Notes: generated from the letters alone by a model not told the origin. A DNA stretch of 64,000 nt from Akkermansiaceae bacterium (GCA_031431855.1 JANPEG010000067.1:23770-87769), one strand, 5' to 3'; shown: positions 28,550-38,836, counted from the stretch's first letter. A program made the numbers and translations.

Positions 28550-30955
28550 TTATTTGTAAACCAAGGTCGCCGTGGCGGTGCAGTCTTTGTCGCTAGTGAA
28601 GCGGATCCAGTAGGCGGAGAAGGCGTCGGGGAAAGTATATTTCGTTTGATCCTTCACCTCGAAGGTCTGGTAGGTGGCCCAGTCGCCATTGCCGGTGATG
28701 TCTATTTCTGCGGTGATATTTGCAGGGATCGAGGTGGTGAGCGTGAGGGATTTTAGTTCATAGGCGGTCATCAGGTAAGGATCTGAAACCTCGCCCGCCT
28801 TCACCGCCGTGTCTTTCCAAGGGCCGCCGATGCCGCGGGGTTTGCCGAATTTCCAGAGATCATCGATGCCGCCGGCCCAGACAGCGGTTTTACCATCGGT
28901 GGAGCGGAGGATGTGTTTGTTAGATTCTGGCGCGTCTTTCGCAATGCCGCTCATCACGAGCAAGCCGCGGTAGCCGCAGAGATCGTGGATAAGGCGGTTG
29001 TGAGTGGCGATGGGTCGAACTTTGATGAAGCCACCGGCGTTGCGGGCGGGGAGTTCGTAGAGCGTGCCATCTGCATTGAAGATGTCCCGTTCGGTGACGA
29101 TTTCGCGGGCGACCCGGTAGTTTCCGAGAGGATGTTTGCCTATATCGCCTTTCGGAAGTCTCCAACGTTTACCGTCCTCATCGAGGAAAAGCACGGAAGC
29201 CTTGTCGATGATGAGGAAATCGTTTTTTGGAATGGCGGCGTGCTCGTTGGTCCATGCAGGTTCGCCGTCTTTCGTAATGGGTTTGAGTTCAAGTTTCTCG
29301 TTGAGCTCGTAGTAACCGATGGATGCGCCAGATGCATCGACTGCTGAAAACACCATGGTGCGGGTGTTGCCATCCAGCGAGCGGACGATGCCGCCCGTGA
29401 GTTCCTGGCCGGGTTTGGCGAGGCCGTCGAAAATTGGGTCAGCGTTGGTGTTACGTATGTCTAGGAGGCTGTAGCTGAAAGCTGCGGTGATGTCTTTGAC
29501 GTTTTCCTTGGTGCGCAGGCGGATCCATGTAACGGGGTCGGCTATGTTGAAGTCTACGTAAGTGTAGTTTTGGGCGGATATTTCGCGCAGCGTTTTCCAC
29601 TCGCCGTTGCCCAAGGCATCGACCTCTAACAAAATCGGGACTGGGCTGTTGTTTGCATGGCTGATGTGCAGGCAGCGGTGTTGGTAGCCTGCAAAGAGAA
29701 AGGGATCGGACGGTTTGTCGGCAGCGATGTCTTCCTTTTCCCACACCATGCCACGGCCGATGACCGGACCGAAGGTGTCGATCTGCTTAGGTTTCACAAA
29801 CCAGAGATTGGATTGAGATTGGGCGGCAGCGATATCACCTTTGGCTTCTCGCTTGTTTAGAAACTCAGCTTTGGCTGTGTCGTCACAGCCGAAGACGACG
29901 TGATCGCCCCAGCGTGCAAAGTCGCCGATGACTTTCAAATAGTTCGAGCGAGGAGAAATGCCGGCGGAGTTTGTGCTGCTGAATGTTTTAGGGAAACTCC
30001 ATAACGTGCCGTGCATGGTCATGAGGTAATCTTTTTCGCCGATCTCGCGGATACGTGGCCATTCGGTGTTCCAGCCGTGCGCGCCGTCGTAGGAATGCGA
30101 TGCTTTGGGCATGCGGTAAAAAGTCCAACCCGTGGCTGGCTCGCGCAGGGCGAGGATGGCGGACTTATTATCCCAACCGGTCGCCCAAATAGGATCGGTT
30201 TCGGGGTTGGCGCTGCCGTTGATGCCGCTGGGGCCGGTGACTTCGGTGAACTGGTTGCGGCGCACGACTTTCCATGTATCCGATTTTCCATCCCACTCAG
30301 CGAGAACGCCGGAGGGGATGCGGGGGTTGGAAAGGGCTTCTTTGGATTTCTCGCCGTTGTTAGAATAAATCAACACTCCCTGACCGGAATACAGCCCTTT
30401 GCCGTGGTAGCCGGGGAGATCGGCATAGCGACGACCCTCGGGCGGCTTGCCGGATTGTTGTTGTGAGTCGGCGAATAACTCTTTGACCGCGAGGGTTTTC
30501 ACATCCACCTCGTAGATGCCTTCTTCCATGGTTGCGTAATAAATTTTTCCTGCGGGATCGGTTAGATGGCGGGCGTTTCCAGTATGCCGTCCGGGCATCT
30601 TGTTGGAGGGAATGGCGCGGACCTCGCCGGCTTTTCCGACTGCGTAAGGGCCGATGAAAAGTTGCTCGGATTCTTTGTGGATCATGCGGTTGGCAGGTGT
30701 GCCGCCAATGGATTCGGGGTGGATCGTTTGTGTTAGATCGCGAGAAATCGAGTAGAGTTTGTCATCTGACCCAGAGGGCTGATGCGGCGCGTAAGTGATG
30801 ACCCAAAGGTTGTCTGCCCAAGGTACCACCGCTCCAGTGCCACATTCCTTCTCGGAGTTATACATCGCGAGATGTGGATAGATGCCAGAAAGCTCAGGCG
30901 GCGCTGCGGAGCAGGTGAGAGTAAAAAGGGCAAATGCCAGCGAGATGTGTTTCAT
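28550..30955 (-). CDS. Large exported hypothetical protein (probable beta-propeller)
   Basis: 801-aa ORF with a signal peptide and typical codon use; no family assigned. Confidence 0.75.
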   Translation of the reverse strand: MKHISLAFALFTLTCSAAPPELSGIYPHLAMYNSEKECGTGAVVPWADNLWVITYAPHQPSGSDDKLYSISRDLTQTIHPESIGGTPANRMIHKESEQLFIGPYAVGKAGEVRAIPSNKMPGRHTGNARHLTDPAGKIYYATMEEGIYEVDVKTLAVKELFADSQQQSGKPPEGRRYADLPGYHGKGLYSGQGVLIYSNNGEKSKEALSNPRIPSGVLAEWDGKSDTWKVVRRNQFTEVTGPSGINGSANPETDPIWATGWDNKSAILALREPATGWTFYRMPKASHSYDGAHGWNTEWPRIREIGEKDYLMTMHGTLWSFPKTFSSTNSAGISPRSNYLKVIGDFARWGDHVVFGCDDTAKAEFLNKREAKGDIAAAQSQSNLWFVKPKQIDTFGPVIGRGMVWEKEDIAADKPSDPFLFAGYQHRCLHISHANNSPVPILLEVDALGNGEWKTLREISAQNYTYVDFNIADPVTWIRLRTKENVKDITAAFSYSLLDIRNTNADPIFDGLAKPGQELTGGIVRSLDGNTRTMVFSAVDASGASIGYYELNEKLELKPITKDGEPAWTNEHAAIPKNDFLIIDKASVLFLDEDGKRWRLPKGDIGKHPLGNYRVAREIVTERDIFNADGTLYELPARNAGGFIKVRPIATHNRLIHDLCGYRGLLVMSGIAKDAPESNKHILRSTDGKTAVWAGGIDDLWKFGKPRGIGGPWKDTAVKAGEVSDPYLMTAYELKSLTLTTSIPANITAEIDITGNGDWATYQTFEVKDQTKYTFPDAFSAYWIRFTSDKDCTATATLVYK

Positions 30956-31018
30956 GGATTGGGTAGAAGGAAAGAGTGCGTTTGATACTGGATCAATGGC
31001 AAAATCTTTCCAAATGCC

Positions 31019-31603
31019 TCAATCCTTAGCAAACCAGCGTGGCTCTTTACCGGGTTTCCATTTGATGGAGCAACCGCTGCTGGGGACACCTTTGGCAGGG
31101 GTTTTTTCGGTCAAGATTGCGTTGACGGCTGCTAATAGATCTGCGCCGTGGGCGGCTTGCCCTGAGCTCGGGCGGGTTTCATCAAATTGTCCCGTGTAGA
31201 CCACTTTTCCTTCATTATCGAGCAGGAAGAAATCCGGAGTGCACGCGGCACCGTAGGATTTTGCGATCATCTGGGTTTCATCGATCAGGTAAGCAAAATC
31301 CCAGCCATTTTCCTCGGCGAATGCCTTCATCGGCCCTGGACCGTCTTGGGGAAATTTTTCGAGATCGTTGGAATTGATTGCGATCGTGCTCACACCGTGT
31401 GGCGCAGCTATTTTAGCAAACTGACCCAGTGCCTTGGCGAGATGGATGACAAAAGGGCAATGATTGCAGGCAAATACAATCACCGTGCCGTTTTTTCCCG
31501 CAAGACTCTTCAATGAATGCATTTTTCCCCGTGCATCTGGTAGTTCGAAGCCCGGTGCCATGTTGTTAAACTTCAATTCAAAGGTCGATGATACTTCAGG
31601 CAT
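31019..31603 (-). CDS. Thioredoxin-like (AhpC/TSA) family protein
   Basis: APGFELPD, CNHCPFV, ACTPDFF and GCSIKWK motifs. Confidence 0.9.
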   Translation of the reverse strand: MPEVSSTFELKFNNMAPGFELPDARGKMHSLKSLAGKNGTVIVFACNHCPFVIHLAKALGQFAKIAAPHGVSTIAINSNDLEKFPQDGPGPMKAFAEENGWDFAYLIDETQMIAKSYGAACTPDFFLLDNEGKVVYTGQFDETRPSSGQAAHGADLLAAVNAILTEKTPAKGVPSSGCSIKWKPGKEPRWFAKD

Positions 31604-31691
31604 ATTGGACTTCTAAACATGGATTTCCAAACCCGCAACCAGAGTCTTCATGTGATTTTAAGTTTCATATTTGAAAATTTACAGTTACCCC

Positions 31692-32813
31692 GTGTTTGTG
31701 CTCACACCGGCAGAACAAGCCAGATACTCTCGCCATCTCCTCATTCCGGAGATCGGTGAGAGTGGCCAGCTGCGTCTGAAAAACGCCTCGGTGCTGCTGA
31801 TCGGCACCGGTGGACTGGGTTCTCCGGCTGCGCTTTACCTCGCTGCGGCAGGAGTTGGGAAACTTGGCTTGGTCGATCCTGATACGGTCGATCTCTCCAA
31901 TCTCCAACGGCAGTTACTGCACAGCGATGCCACGATAGGAAAATCGAAACTCGATTCTGCCGCCGCCCGCCTACGTGAAACGAATCCATACATCGAGCTC
32001 GAACTCTTTCCCGTCCGCTTCACTCCGGACAACGCGCTCTCGATCGCAGGTGCATACGACATCATCATCGATGGCTCGGACAATTTCCCCACGCGCTTCC
32101 TTTCGAACGACACCGCATTCTTTCTTAAAAAGCCACTCGTCTACGGAGCGATCCATCGCTTCGACGGGCAGATGACTGTCTTCGCTCCGCATCTCGGCGG
32201 ACCTTGTTATCGGTGCTTGTTGCCAGAAATTCCGCCACCCGGCGCTGTGCCGAACTGCGCCGAAGCCGGCGTCCTCGGCGTGTTGCCTGGGATCATCGGA
32301 TCGCTCCAAGCGATGGAGGCGATCAAACTCATCCTCGGCATAGGTGAAACTCCCATCGGTAAACTTTTGATCTACGATGCGCTTCGTACTTCATTCCGCT
32401 CGTTGAAACTTCGTCACGATCCCGCTTGCCGACTCTGTGGAGAAACTCCCACGATCACTTCCGTTCACAATTCCGAAACCACCGCCAATCCCTCCTGCCA
32501 AATTAACGATCCCACCATGCAAACCATCACCGTCGCCGAACTCAAAGACCGCCTCGATTCAGGAAAACTTAACGCACTGCTCATTGATGTTCGCGAGGAA
32601 GCGGAATGGCAAGTTGTCAATATTCCGCAAGCCAAGCTCGTGCCGCTGCAAACCATTCCGGCTTACGCGCCGAATCTTCCCAAAGACACCGAGATCATCA
32701 TCCACTGCAAAGCCGGCATGCGCTCCGCAAGAGCCTGTGAATATCTGATGTCCATCGGTTTCGAAAACGTCACCAATGTCGAAGGCGGGATGGATGCGTT
32801 TCAGAAACTTTAA
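31692..32813 (+). CDS. moeB: MoeB/MoeZ adenylyltransferase with rhodanese domain
   Basis: RYSRHL, GTGGLGSP, SNLQRQ, GPCYRC and rhodanese HCKAGMRS motifs. Start approximate. Confidence 0.9.
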   Translation: MFVLTPAEQARYSRHLLIPEIGESGQLRLKNASVLLIGTGGLGSPAALYLAAAGVGKLGLVDPDTVDLSNLQRQLLHSDATIGKSKLDSAAARLRETNPYIELELFPVRFTPDNALSIAGAYDIIIDGSDNFPTRFLSNDTAFFLKKPLVYGAIHRFDGQMTVFAPHLGGPCYRCLLPEIPPPGAVPNCAEAGVLGVLPGIIGSLQAMEAIKLILGIGETPIGKLLIYDALRTSFRSLKLRHDPACRLCGETPTITSVHNSETTANPSCQINDPTMQTITVAELKDRLDSGKLNALLIDVREEAEWQVVNIPQAKLVPLQTIPAYAPNLPKDTEIIIHCKAGMRSARACEYLMSIGFENVTNVEGGMDAFQKL

Positions 32814-33550
32814 TGATGCACACTCTAACAAAATTCGCATTCTCATTCCTATTTTTCGCCACCGCTTCCATCGCCGCGCCGGAGAAGAAAGTCATCGATG
32901 GCGTGACATATCACATTCTGCAGGTTTCACCTGATCGGATTCAATTGTTGTGGAAAGGCGACGATGGGCAGCAGTTGCGAACTTTTCCGGCGGCTTCGAA
33001 ATATCTGAAAGGGAAGGGGATAGAGGTGGAAACCTTGATGAACGGTGGGATTTTCGAGCCCGGTGGCATCCCGAGTGGGTTGCTGGTGCAGGATGGAAAA
33101 GAAGTCCATCCAGTGAATCGGAACAAGGGCGAGGGGAACTTTTTCCTTCAACCCAACGGAATTTTCCTGATCTCCGATAAGGGTGCGGCGGTGATCCGAA
33201 CCGACGAATACCCATTGAAAAACGTCGTCGTCAAACTAGCGGTGCAGTCAGGGCCGTTGTTGTTGCGGGGTGGAAAAGTTCATCCTGCCTTCAATGCGAA
33301 TTCCAAATCAGAATTGCATCGCAATGGCGTGGGTGTGACTAAGAACGGTGAGGTGGTTTTGGTGATGACCGATTTTCACTCCGAGAAATTCGTGAATCTT
33401 CATCAGTTCGCGCAGCTTTTTAAATCACTTGGTTGTGAGGATGCGTTGTTTCTCGATGGTGATATCAGCCAAATGCGTTCCGGTGAGGATATGGAAAAGC
33501 AAAGCAACAGCTTCGGTTCGATCTTTGCGGTGGTGAAAGCTAAAGATTGA
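32813..33550 (+). CDS. Phosphodiester glycosidase (NAGPA-like) family protein
   Basis: MNGGIF, GNFFLQPNGIF, QSGPLL, RNGVG and LFLDG motifs. Confidence 0.85.
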   Translation: MMHTLTKFAFSFLFFATASIAAPEKKVIDGVTYHILQVSPDRIQLLWKGDDGQQLRTFPAASKYLKGKGIEVETLMNGGIFEPGGIPSGLLVQDGKEVHPVNRNKGEGNFFLQPNGIFLISDKGAAVIRTDEYPLKNVVVKLAVQSGPLLLRGGKVHPAFNANSKSELHRNGVGVTKNGEVVLVMTDFHSEKFVNLHQFAQLFKSLGCEDALFLDGDISQMRSGEDMEKQSNSFGSIFAVVKAKD

Positions 33551-33631
33551 TATAGATAGAGAACCACAATGGTAGCACAGCGGACATAGCCGGAGGCAAA
33601 TGAACACAGACGCGGATAAGATCTGTGAATA

Positions 33632-33749
33632 CGGTAGCCCCGATATTGTCGGGGGAGGGCGCCGCATGGAATGATGAAGAATATGATGTTCCAAAGGATA
33701 ATCTAATGCGTTCCGCTTCGCGCGGCGCCCTCGGCGATGGCGCCCTACC
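33632..33749. repeat. Inverted GTAG-headed REP-like pair
   Basis: GGTAGCCCCGATATTGTCGGGGGAGGGCGCCGC (+) faces GGTAGGGCGCCATCGCCGAGGGCGCCGC (-), between convergent genes. Confidence 0.6.
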
Positions 33750-33777
33750 TTTCGTGAACGAGGTTTGAACCTGGCAT

Positions 33778-34656
33778 CTATATCTTCACCGCACTCAATC
33801 CCAGGAACAACGGAAACTCCTCCGCTGCTTTGTGCTCGGCTTTGCTGAATGGTCCTGATTGTGATCTGCGGTGGGAGAAAAGTTCCGTGCATTTCGTGAC
33901 GCCCATGCCCGCTGCGCCGATGACTGTTAGAAGATCTGCCAGAGGTCTATGATAAAACACCGTGCCTTCACCGGTGTTGAGGCCGGGGCGGGTTTGGATG
34001 GCGATCTCAAGTGCGGAACCATATTTATCTAACCGACGGAATTGAACTTTCTGATCGTTGTCCCAGCCCCAATGACTTTCTTTGGGGATTCGGAAACACG
34101 GATGCATCATCACGATCGCAAAGCTTCCACCTGGCTTGAGCGCGGCGTAAACATTTCGCATCAACGCCGCAGCATCCGGCACATCGTGCACGGCCATCAC
34201 GCAGGCGGCTTTATCAAAACTGCCATCCGCCCACGGTGCTTTCCCGCACGCATCGGCGACCTCGAAACTCACTTTTGGTTCGCCACCATTTCGCTGCCGT
34301 GCTGCGGAAATGAGTTTGTCACTGGCATCGACCCCATGAATTTTTCCCGCTCCCGCAGCGAGCAGATGTTTCACCAAGACTCCCTGCCCGCAGCAGACAT
34401 CGATAACAGCATCGCCTTTTTGAATATCCAGCAACTCCATGACTCCTGGCAATATGACGTTTTGATGATAATCTGAGCCATCTGCGCCCACGAGTTTGTC
34501 ATACCAGCCAGCGACGCCATCCCAACCTTTGTCGTTTCCTGGCTTCGCCGCTCCAACAGCCGGTTTGCCGGCGAATTTCTTAGCCGGAATTGGCCCCTTG
34601 TTGGTTCCTTTGTGGGGAAAGGATTTTCCTCTGCGCTTGCCTTCGTTCCATTCCAT
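33778..34656 (-). CDS. Class I SAM-dependent methyltransferase
   Basis: IDVCCGQG motif I, HGVDAS and HPCFR; basic N-terminal extension. Confidence 0.85.
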   Translation of the reverse strand: MEWNEGKRRGKSFPHKGTNKGPIPAKKFAGKPAVGAAKPGNDKGWDGVAGWYDKLVGADGSDYHQNVILPGVMELLDIQKGDAVIDVCCGQGVLVKHLLAAGAGKIHGVDASDKLISAARQRNGGEPKVSFEVADACGKAPWADGSFDKAACVMAVHDVPDAAALMRNVYAALKPGGSFAIVMMHPCFRIPKESHWGWDNDQKVQFRRLDKYGSALEIAIQTRPGLNTGEGTVFYHRPLADLLTVIGAAGMGVTKCTELFSHRRSQSGPFSKAEHKAAEEFPLFLGLSAVKI

Positions 34657-34751
34657 TTCTGCAAATAAGCCCTCATCTGCCGCCTCTGGCGATGAAAAAT
34701 CGACCTCCCAGAAAGGGAATTTTTCCCACGCTGCTTAAGCTAGGTGAAACT

Positions 34752-34888
34752 AACCGCGAATGAACGCGAATGGACGCGAATCAAATCATTCTTACTCAAT
34801 TAGGTTTTCCAAATCGTTGGTAAGGTTTTCACGTGTGAAAATGGTCAAGATTCTCAAAATTGGCGTTCATTCGCGTTCATTCGCGGTT
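34752..34888. repeat. Miniature inverted-repeat element with decamer-repeat arms
   Basis: Left arm aaccgcgaatgaacgcgaatggacgc matches the reverse complement of 34863-34888 at 25/26 nt; about 80 nt lie between the arms. Confidence 0.7.
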
Positions 34889-35020
34889 GAAATTCTACTT
34901 CGTCAAACTTTTACCCTCAATTAAATCATGGAATTTCCCCCGAGATTCAAAGACTTTGTAAAAAATCACATTTGTTACAAAAAATTCGTTGACCCAACCC
35001 CCATCCCGTGTTTTTTTTCC

Positions 35021-35109
35021 CGCGTCGCAAGACAAGGCGGCTCGACTGAACGTCCCTTTGGGTTTTTGGGTTTTTCCCGGGGATAATCGGTCGAGCCGCT
35101 CTTTTTTTT
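35021..35109 (+). ncRNA. Candidate structured small RNA or attenuator
   Basis: TTGACC at 34989; GTC-GCAA-GAC hairpin; 14-bp stem (35036-35049/35087-35100) followed by a T8 run. No known family matched. Confidence 0.4.
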
Positions 35110-35170
35110 GCCCGGATCGAATCCCTGCCTCCGTCCTTGATATGTGCCGCGTAGCTTCTCTAATGGCGAC

Positions 35171-36004
35171 ATGGCAATCGTTTGGCGCGACGGAAAATTT
35201 TTAGAGGAAACTGATTTTTTGGTTTCTCCCATAGATCGCGGCCTGTGTCATGGACTGAGTTTGTTTGAGACAATCTTGGCGGTCGATGGCCAACCACGAC
35301 TCCTAGCGGAACATTTGAGACGTTTGAAAAGTGGATTGGTGCGATTGAACGTCCATCGGGTTGAGATCGATGTGCCAGGTCTGCACCATGCAATGGTTGA
35401 GCTTCTGGAGCGTAATTATCTCGACCGCGGCATGGCCAGAATTCGTTTTGCAATCAGCATGGGCGAGGGTCCGATGAATCTAACAGATAGTGGCCGAGCA
35501 TGGGCATGGATGACCGTTTCCAAGGTCGATCCATCGGAGGTAGATCTGCGATTAACTCTCGCGCCATGGCGAAAGGATAATGAAAGCATGTTGCGTGGCT
35601 TGAAAGTCGGTAGCTACGCGGAACATCTCATCGCGCTCGATATAGCTCGGCATGAGGGATGTGATGAAATGTTGTTTTTCAATACATCTGATGAACTCTG
35701 TGAAGCGGCGATGGCAAACGTGTTTCTGATTCGCGGGAAGGAACTTTTCACTCCGAGTCTCGATAGCGGCTGCCTGCCTGGCGTGACTCGCGAACTCGTC
35801 CTCAAACTCGCGACCGCTCAAAAAATCCCATGCAGCGTGAAACCTCTCAGTAAAAAAGATCTGAATAAAGCGGATGGGATTTTCCTGACATCTTCGATCA
35901 AAGGCCCACTCTGGGTTTCTACGTTTCAAGGCGAAATCTACCCCGTGCATCCTCTCTTTCGGGAGATCCGGAACCTGTGGGTGGAAAGCATGCGGAACCA
36001 CTAA
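35171..36004 (+). CDS. Aminotransferase class IV (PabC-like)
   Basis: DRGLCHGLSLFETI, GLK, EAAMANVF and CLPGVTR motifs. Confidence 0.85.
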   Translation: MAIVWRDGKFLEETDFLVSPIDRGLCHGLSLFETILAVDGQPRLLAEHLRRLKSGLVRLNVHRVEIDVPGLHHAMVELLERNYLDRGMARIRFAISMGEGPMNLTDSGRAWAWMTVSKVDPSEVDLRLTLAPWRKDNESMLRGLKVGSYAEHLIALDIARHEGCDEMLFFNTSDELCEAAMANVFLIRGKELFTPSLDSGCLPGVTRELVLKLATAQKIPCSVKPLSKKDLNKADGIFLTSSIKGPLWVSTFQGEIYPVHPLFREIRNLWVESMRNH

Positions 36005-36088
36005 TAAACCCAACTAAGGATTTTTCCTTCCCGAACGCGGGGTAGATCGTCCAATATCCTCTCTGTAACCCCAAACCTAACCAAAATT

Positions 36089-37138
36089 ATGTCACGTCCA
36101 GTCACACTTTTCACCGGCCAATGGGCCGATCTTCCACTTGAAAAACTCGCGCCGCTTGCTGCAGAAATGGGCTATGACGGCCTTGAACTCGCCTGCTGGG
36201 GAGATCACTTCGATGTCGATAAAGCGAATTCGAAAAAGAACTACATCAAAGAAAAATGGGAGCTCCTGTCCGATCACGGCCTGACTTCCTACGCAATTTC
36301 CAGCCACCTTGTCGGACAAGCGATTTGCGACAACATCGATGAGCGCCATAAAGCCATCTTGCCACCACACGTTTGGGGCAAAGGTGATCCAGAAGGTGTC
36401 CGCAAACGCGCCGCGAAAGAAATGATCGATACCGGTAAGGCTGCTCGCAAATTTTTCAACGCCCAACCCGGCCGCAAGAGCAAAGACAAAGACGAATTCC
36501 CAGCAGTCGTCAACGGCTTCACCGGATCGTCTATCTGGCACGGTCTCTACGCCTTCCCTCCAACGAACCAAGCTTTCTATGACAAAGGTTTCGAAGATTT
36601 CGCCAAACGTTTCACGCCTATTCTCGATGCGTTTGATAAAGAAAACGTCAACTTCGCCCTCGAAGTTCACCCGACCGAAATCGCCTTCGACATCGCCACC
36701 GCACAGCGCGCGCTCAAAGCGGTGAAAAATCACAAACGTTTCGGCTTCAACTACGATCCATCCCACCTCGGTTACCAAGGTGTCGATTACATCAAATTCA
36801 TCCGCGATCTCGGTCACCGCATTTTCCATGTCCACATGAAAGATGTTTGGTGGGGCCACGGTGATGGTTCTGTCGGCGTGTTCGGTGGTAGCACCGACTT
36901 CGGCGATTCACGCCGCTTCTGGGATTTCCGTTCGCTCGGTCACGGCGATATTGAGTTCGAAGACATCATCGTAGCGCTCAACGATCTCAAATACGCGGGT
37001 CCGCTCTCCGTTGAGTGGGAGGACATCCGCATGGATCGCGTCCACGGCGCAACCGAAGCAGCAGCTTTTGTTAGAAATGTTGACTTCCCAGGTTCCAATG
37101 TCGCTTTCGACGCCGCATTCGACAAATCCAATCAATAA
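36089..37138 (+). CDS. Sugar phosphate isomerase/epimerase (AP_endonuc_2 TIM barrel)
   Basis: [28 protein letters not shown] and SVEWED motifs. Confidence 0.9.
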   Translation: MSRPVTLFTGQWADLPLEKLAPLAAEMGYDGLELACWGDHFDVDKANSKKNYIKEKWELLSDHGLTSYAISSHLVGQAICDNIDERHKAILPPHVWGKGDPEGVRKRAAKEMIDTGKAARKFFNAQPGRKSKDKDEFPAVVNGFTGSSIWHGLYAFPPTNQAFYDKGFEDFAKRFTPILDAFDKENVNFALEVHPTEIAFDIATAQRALKAVKNHKRFGFNYDPSHLGYQGVDYIKFIRDLGHRIFHVHMKDVWWGHGDGSVGVFGGSTDFGDSRRFWDFRSLGHGDIEFEDIIVALNDLKYAGPLSVEWEDIRMDRVHGATEAAAFVRNVDFPGSNVAFDAAFDKSNQ

Positions 37139-37143
37139 TATTT

Positions 37144-38226
37144 ATGTCAATCAAAGTAGGAGTCATCGGTGCCGGATGGATGGTGAAATACCATGCTGAA
37201 GGCTTTCGCGCAGCGGGTGCAGAAATCGTAGCGGTTGCAGATCCGTTGCCAGGCGCAGCGGAGAACGCAGCCAAGCAATGGAACATCGCCAAAACCTTCG
37301 ATTCTGTGGATCGCATGTTGGCGGAAGCGCCGGAGCTTGATGCTGTTAGTATCATTGTGCCGAACAAGTTTCACGCACCCCTTGCGATCCAATGTCTCAA
37401 AGCGGGCAAACACGTGTTTTGCGAAAAACCTCCCGGCTTGAACGCTGCGGAAGTGGCGGAGATGATCGAAGTCGCGAACAAGGCCGGCAAGAAGTTGATG
37501 TTCAATTTCAACAACCGCGCTCGTCCTGAGTCACAAGCGATGAAGAAATACGTCGATGACGGAACGGTTGGAACCATCAATTCCGCGCAAGCGAAATGGA
37601 TACGCCGCACGGGGATTCCTGGCTTCGGCGGTTGGTTCACCACCAAAGCCATGTCCGGTGGTGGCGCAACGATCGATCTGTTGCACATGATCGATCTGGC
37701 GCTCTACCTCATGGGCTACCCGGAACCTTCGCACGTTTTGGCTAATACCTTTGACACCCACATCACCGATCCCGGCTTCAAAGGCCCATGGGGAATCCCT
37801 GACCGCGAAGGCGGCACCACGGATGTGGAATGTGCGGCGCACGGATTTGTTAGATTCAAAACCGGCCAGGTTCTCAGTCTCCAAGTTTCTTGGGCGGAAA
37901 TGGTGAAACGCGAGGAGGTCTCCGTCGTTTTCCAAGGCACCAAAGCCGGAGGAAAAGTCGAGCGCCTGTTCGGTCGCGATGGATTGGACAACACAGCCAT
38001 CGATACCTGCGAACTCTACGTTCAAGAAAATGGCAACAGCGTGAATCGTACTATCATCACCGAGGCCTGTGAAGACATGGGTCGAATCCACTCCGCCTCC
38101 AACTTCATCCACACAATTAACGGCACCGCGGAGCCTTTCAACACTCCCGATCAAGCCCACAAACTGATGTGGATCATCGACGCGCTCTACGAGTCCGCCA
38201 ATACCGGCAAACCCGTGAGCTACTAA
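37144..38226 (+). CDS. Gfo/Idh/MocA-family oxidoreductase
   Basis: VGVIGAG, HVFCEKP and GGGATIDLLHMID motifs. Confidence 0.92.
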   Translation: MSIKVGVIGAGWMVKYHAEGFRAAGAEIVAVADPLPGAAENAAKQWNIAKTFDSVDRMLAEAPELDAVSIIVPNKFHAPLAIQCLKAGKHVFCEKPPGLNAAEVAEMIEVANKAGKKLMFNFNNRARPESQAMKKYVDDGTVGTINSAQAKWIRRTGIPGFGGWFTTKAMSGGGATIDLLHMIDLALYLMGYPEPSHVLANTFDTHITDPGFKGPWGIPDREGGTTDVECAAHGFVRFKTGQVLSLQVSWAEMVKREEVSVVFQGTKAGGKVERLFGRDGLDNTAIDTCELYVQENGNSVNRTIITEACEDMGRIHSASNFIHTINGTAEPFNTPDQAHKLMWIIDALYESANTGKPVSY

Positions 38227-38301
38227 GAACCGATTTCCATGCAGGAAAATCTCCAATCAACGGGCGGGCAGGATCTTTCCAGTCCGCCCGTTGCTGCGGA
38301 T

Positions 38302-38616
38302 ATGCTTGTCGTGCTTTGCACCTTTCCTGATGCAGAAGCCGCGAGACGCATTTCCACTGAAATCATCTCCGAAAACCTCGCTGTCTGCGTGAATCTCATC
38401 CCCGGGGTGGAATCGATCTATCGTTGGGAGGGGAAAATTGAGCAGGCATCCGAAGTGTTGGCGATTTTCAAAGTCGCGGCTGCTGGGTTTAAGAATCTGG
38501 AAACGGTATTGTTAGAAAAACATCCTTACGATACACCGGAGATCATAGCAATTGGGCCGGATCAGGTTTCGGAGGGATATTTGAAGTGGGTTTTAGATCG
38601 ACGATGTAATGAATAA
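38302..38616 (+). CDS. cutA: Divalent-cation tolerance protein CutA
   Basis: AVCVN, SIYRWEGKIE and HPYDTPEII motifs. Alternative start at 38239. Confidence 0.9.
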   Translation: MLVVLCTFPDAEAARRISTEIISENLAVCVNLIPGVESIYRWEGKIEQASEVLAIFKVAAAGFKNLETVLLEKHPYDTPEIIAIGPDQVSEGYLKWVLDRRCNE

Positions 38617-38836
38617 TTATAAAAATGTGATAGGACTTAATATGATCAGGATGTGCTTGATACTCGTCTTTTTTGTTTTATCTGGCTGTATCTGTCGTAA
38701 TGAGTTTATAGATCCTGAAGTTGATGCTGTTGGATTCGGAAACGATAGAGATGCGCTCATTAAATGTAGAGATTCGATTAGAAATCTAAACGCCGAAAAT
38801 GCTGCCAGGACTCGAACAGCAGACGCTCAACTTTAG
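38609..38836 (+). CDS. Small AT-rich hypothetical lipoprotein (possibly truncated)
   Basis: Lipobox VLSGC; 75 aa; AT-rich. Confidence 0.4.
   Translation: MNNYKNVIGLNMIRMCLILVFFVLSGCICRNEFIDPEVDAVGFGNDRDALIKCRDSIRNLNAENAARTRTADAQL

Noticed and set aside
33425-33892. 155-aa minus-strand ORF
   Set aside because: It is composed largely of intergenic repeat sequence plus overlap with neighbouring genes, so it is spurious.
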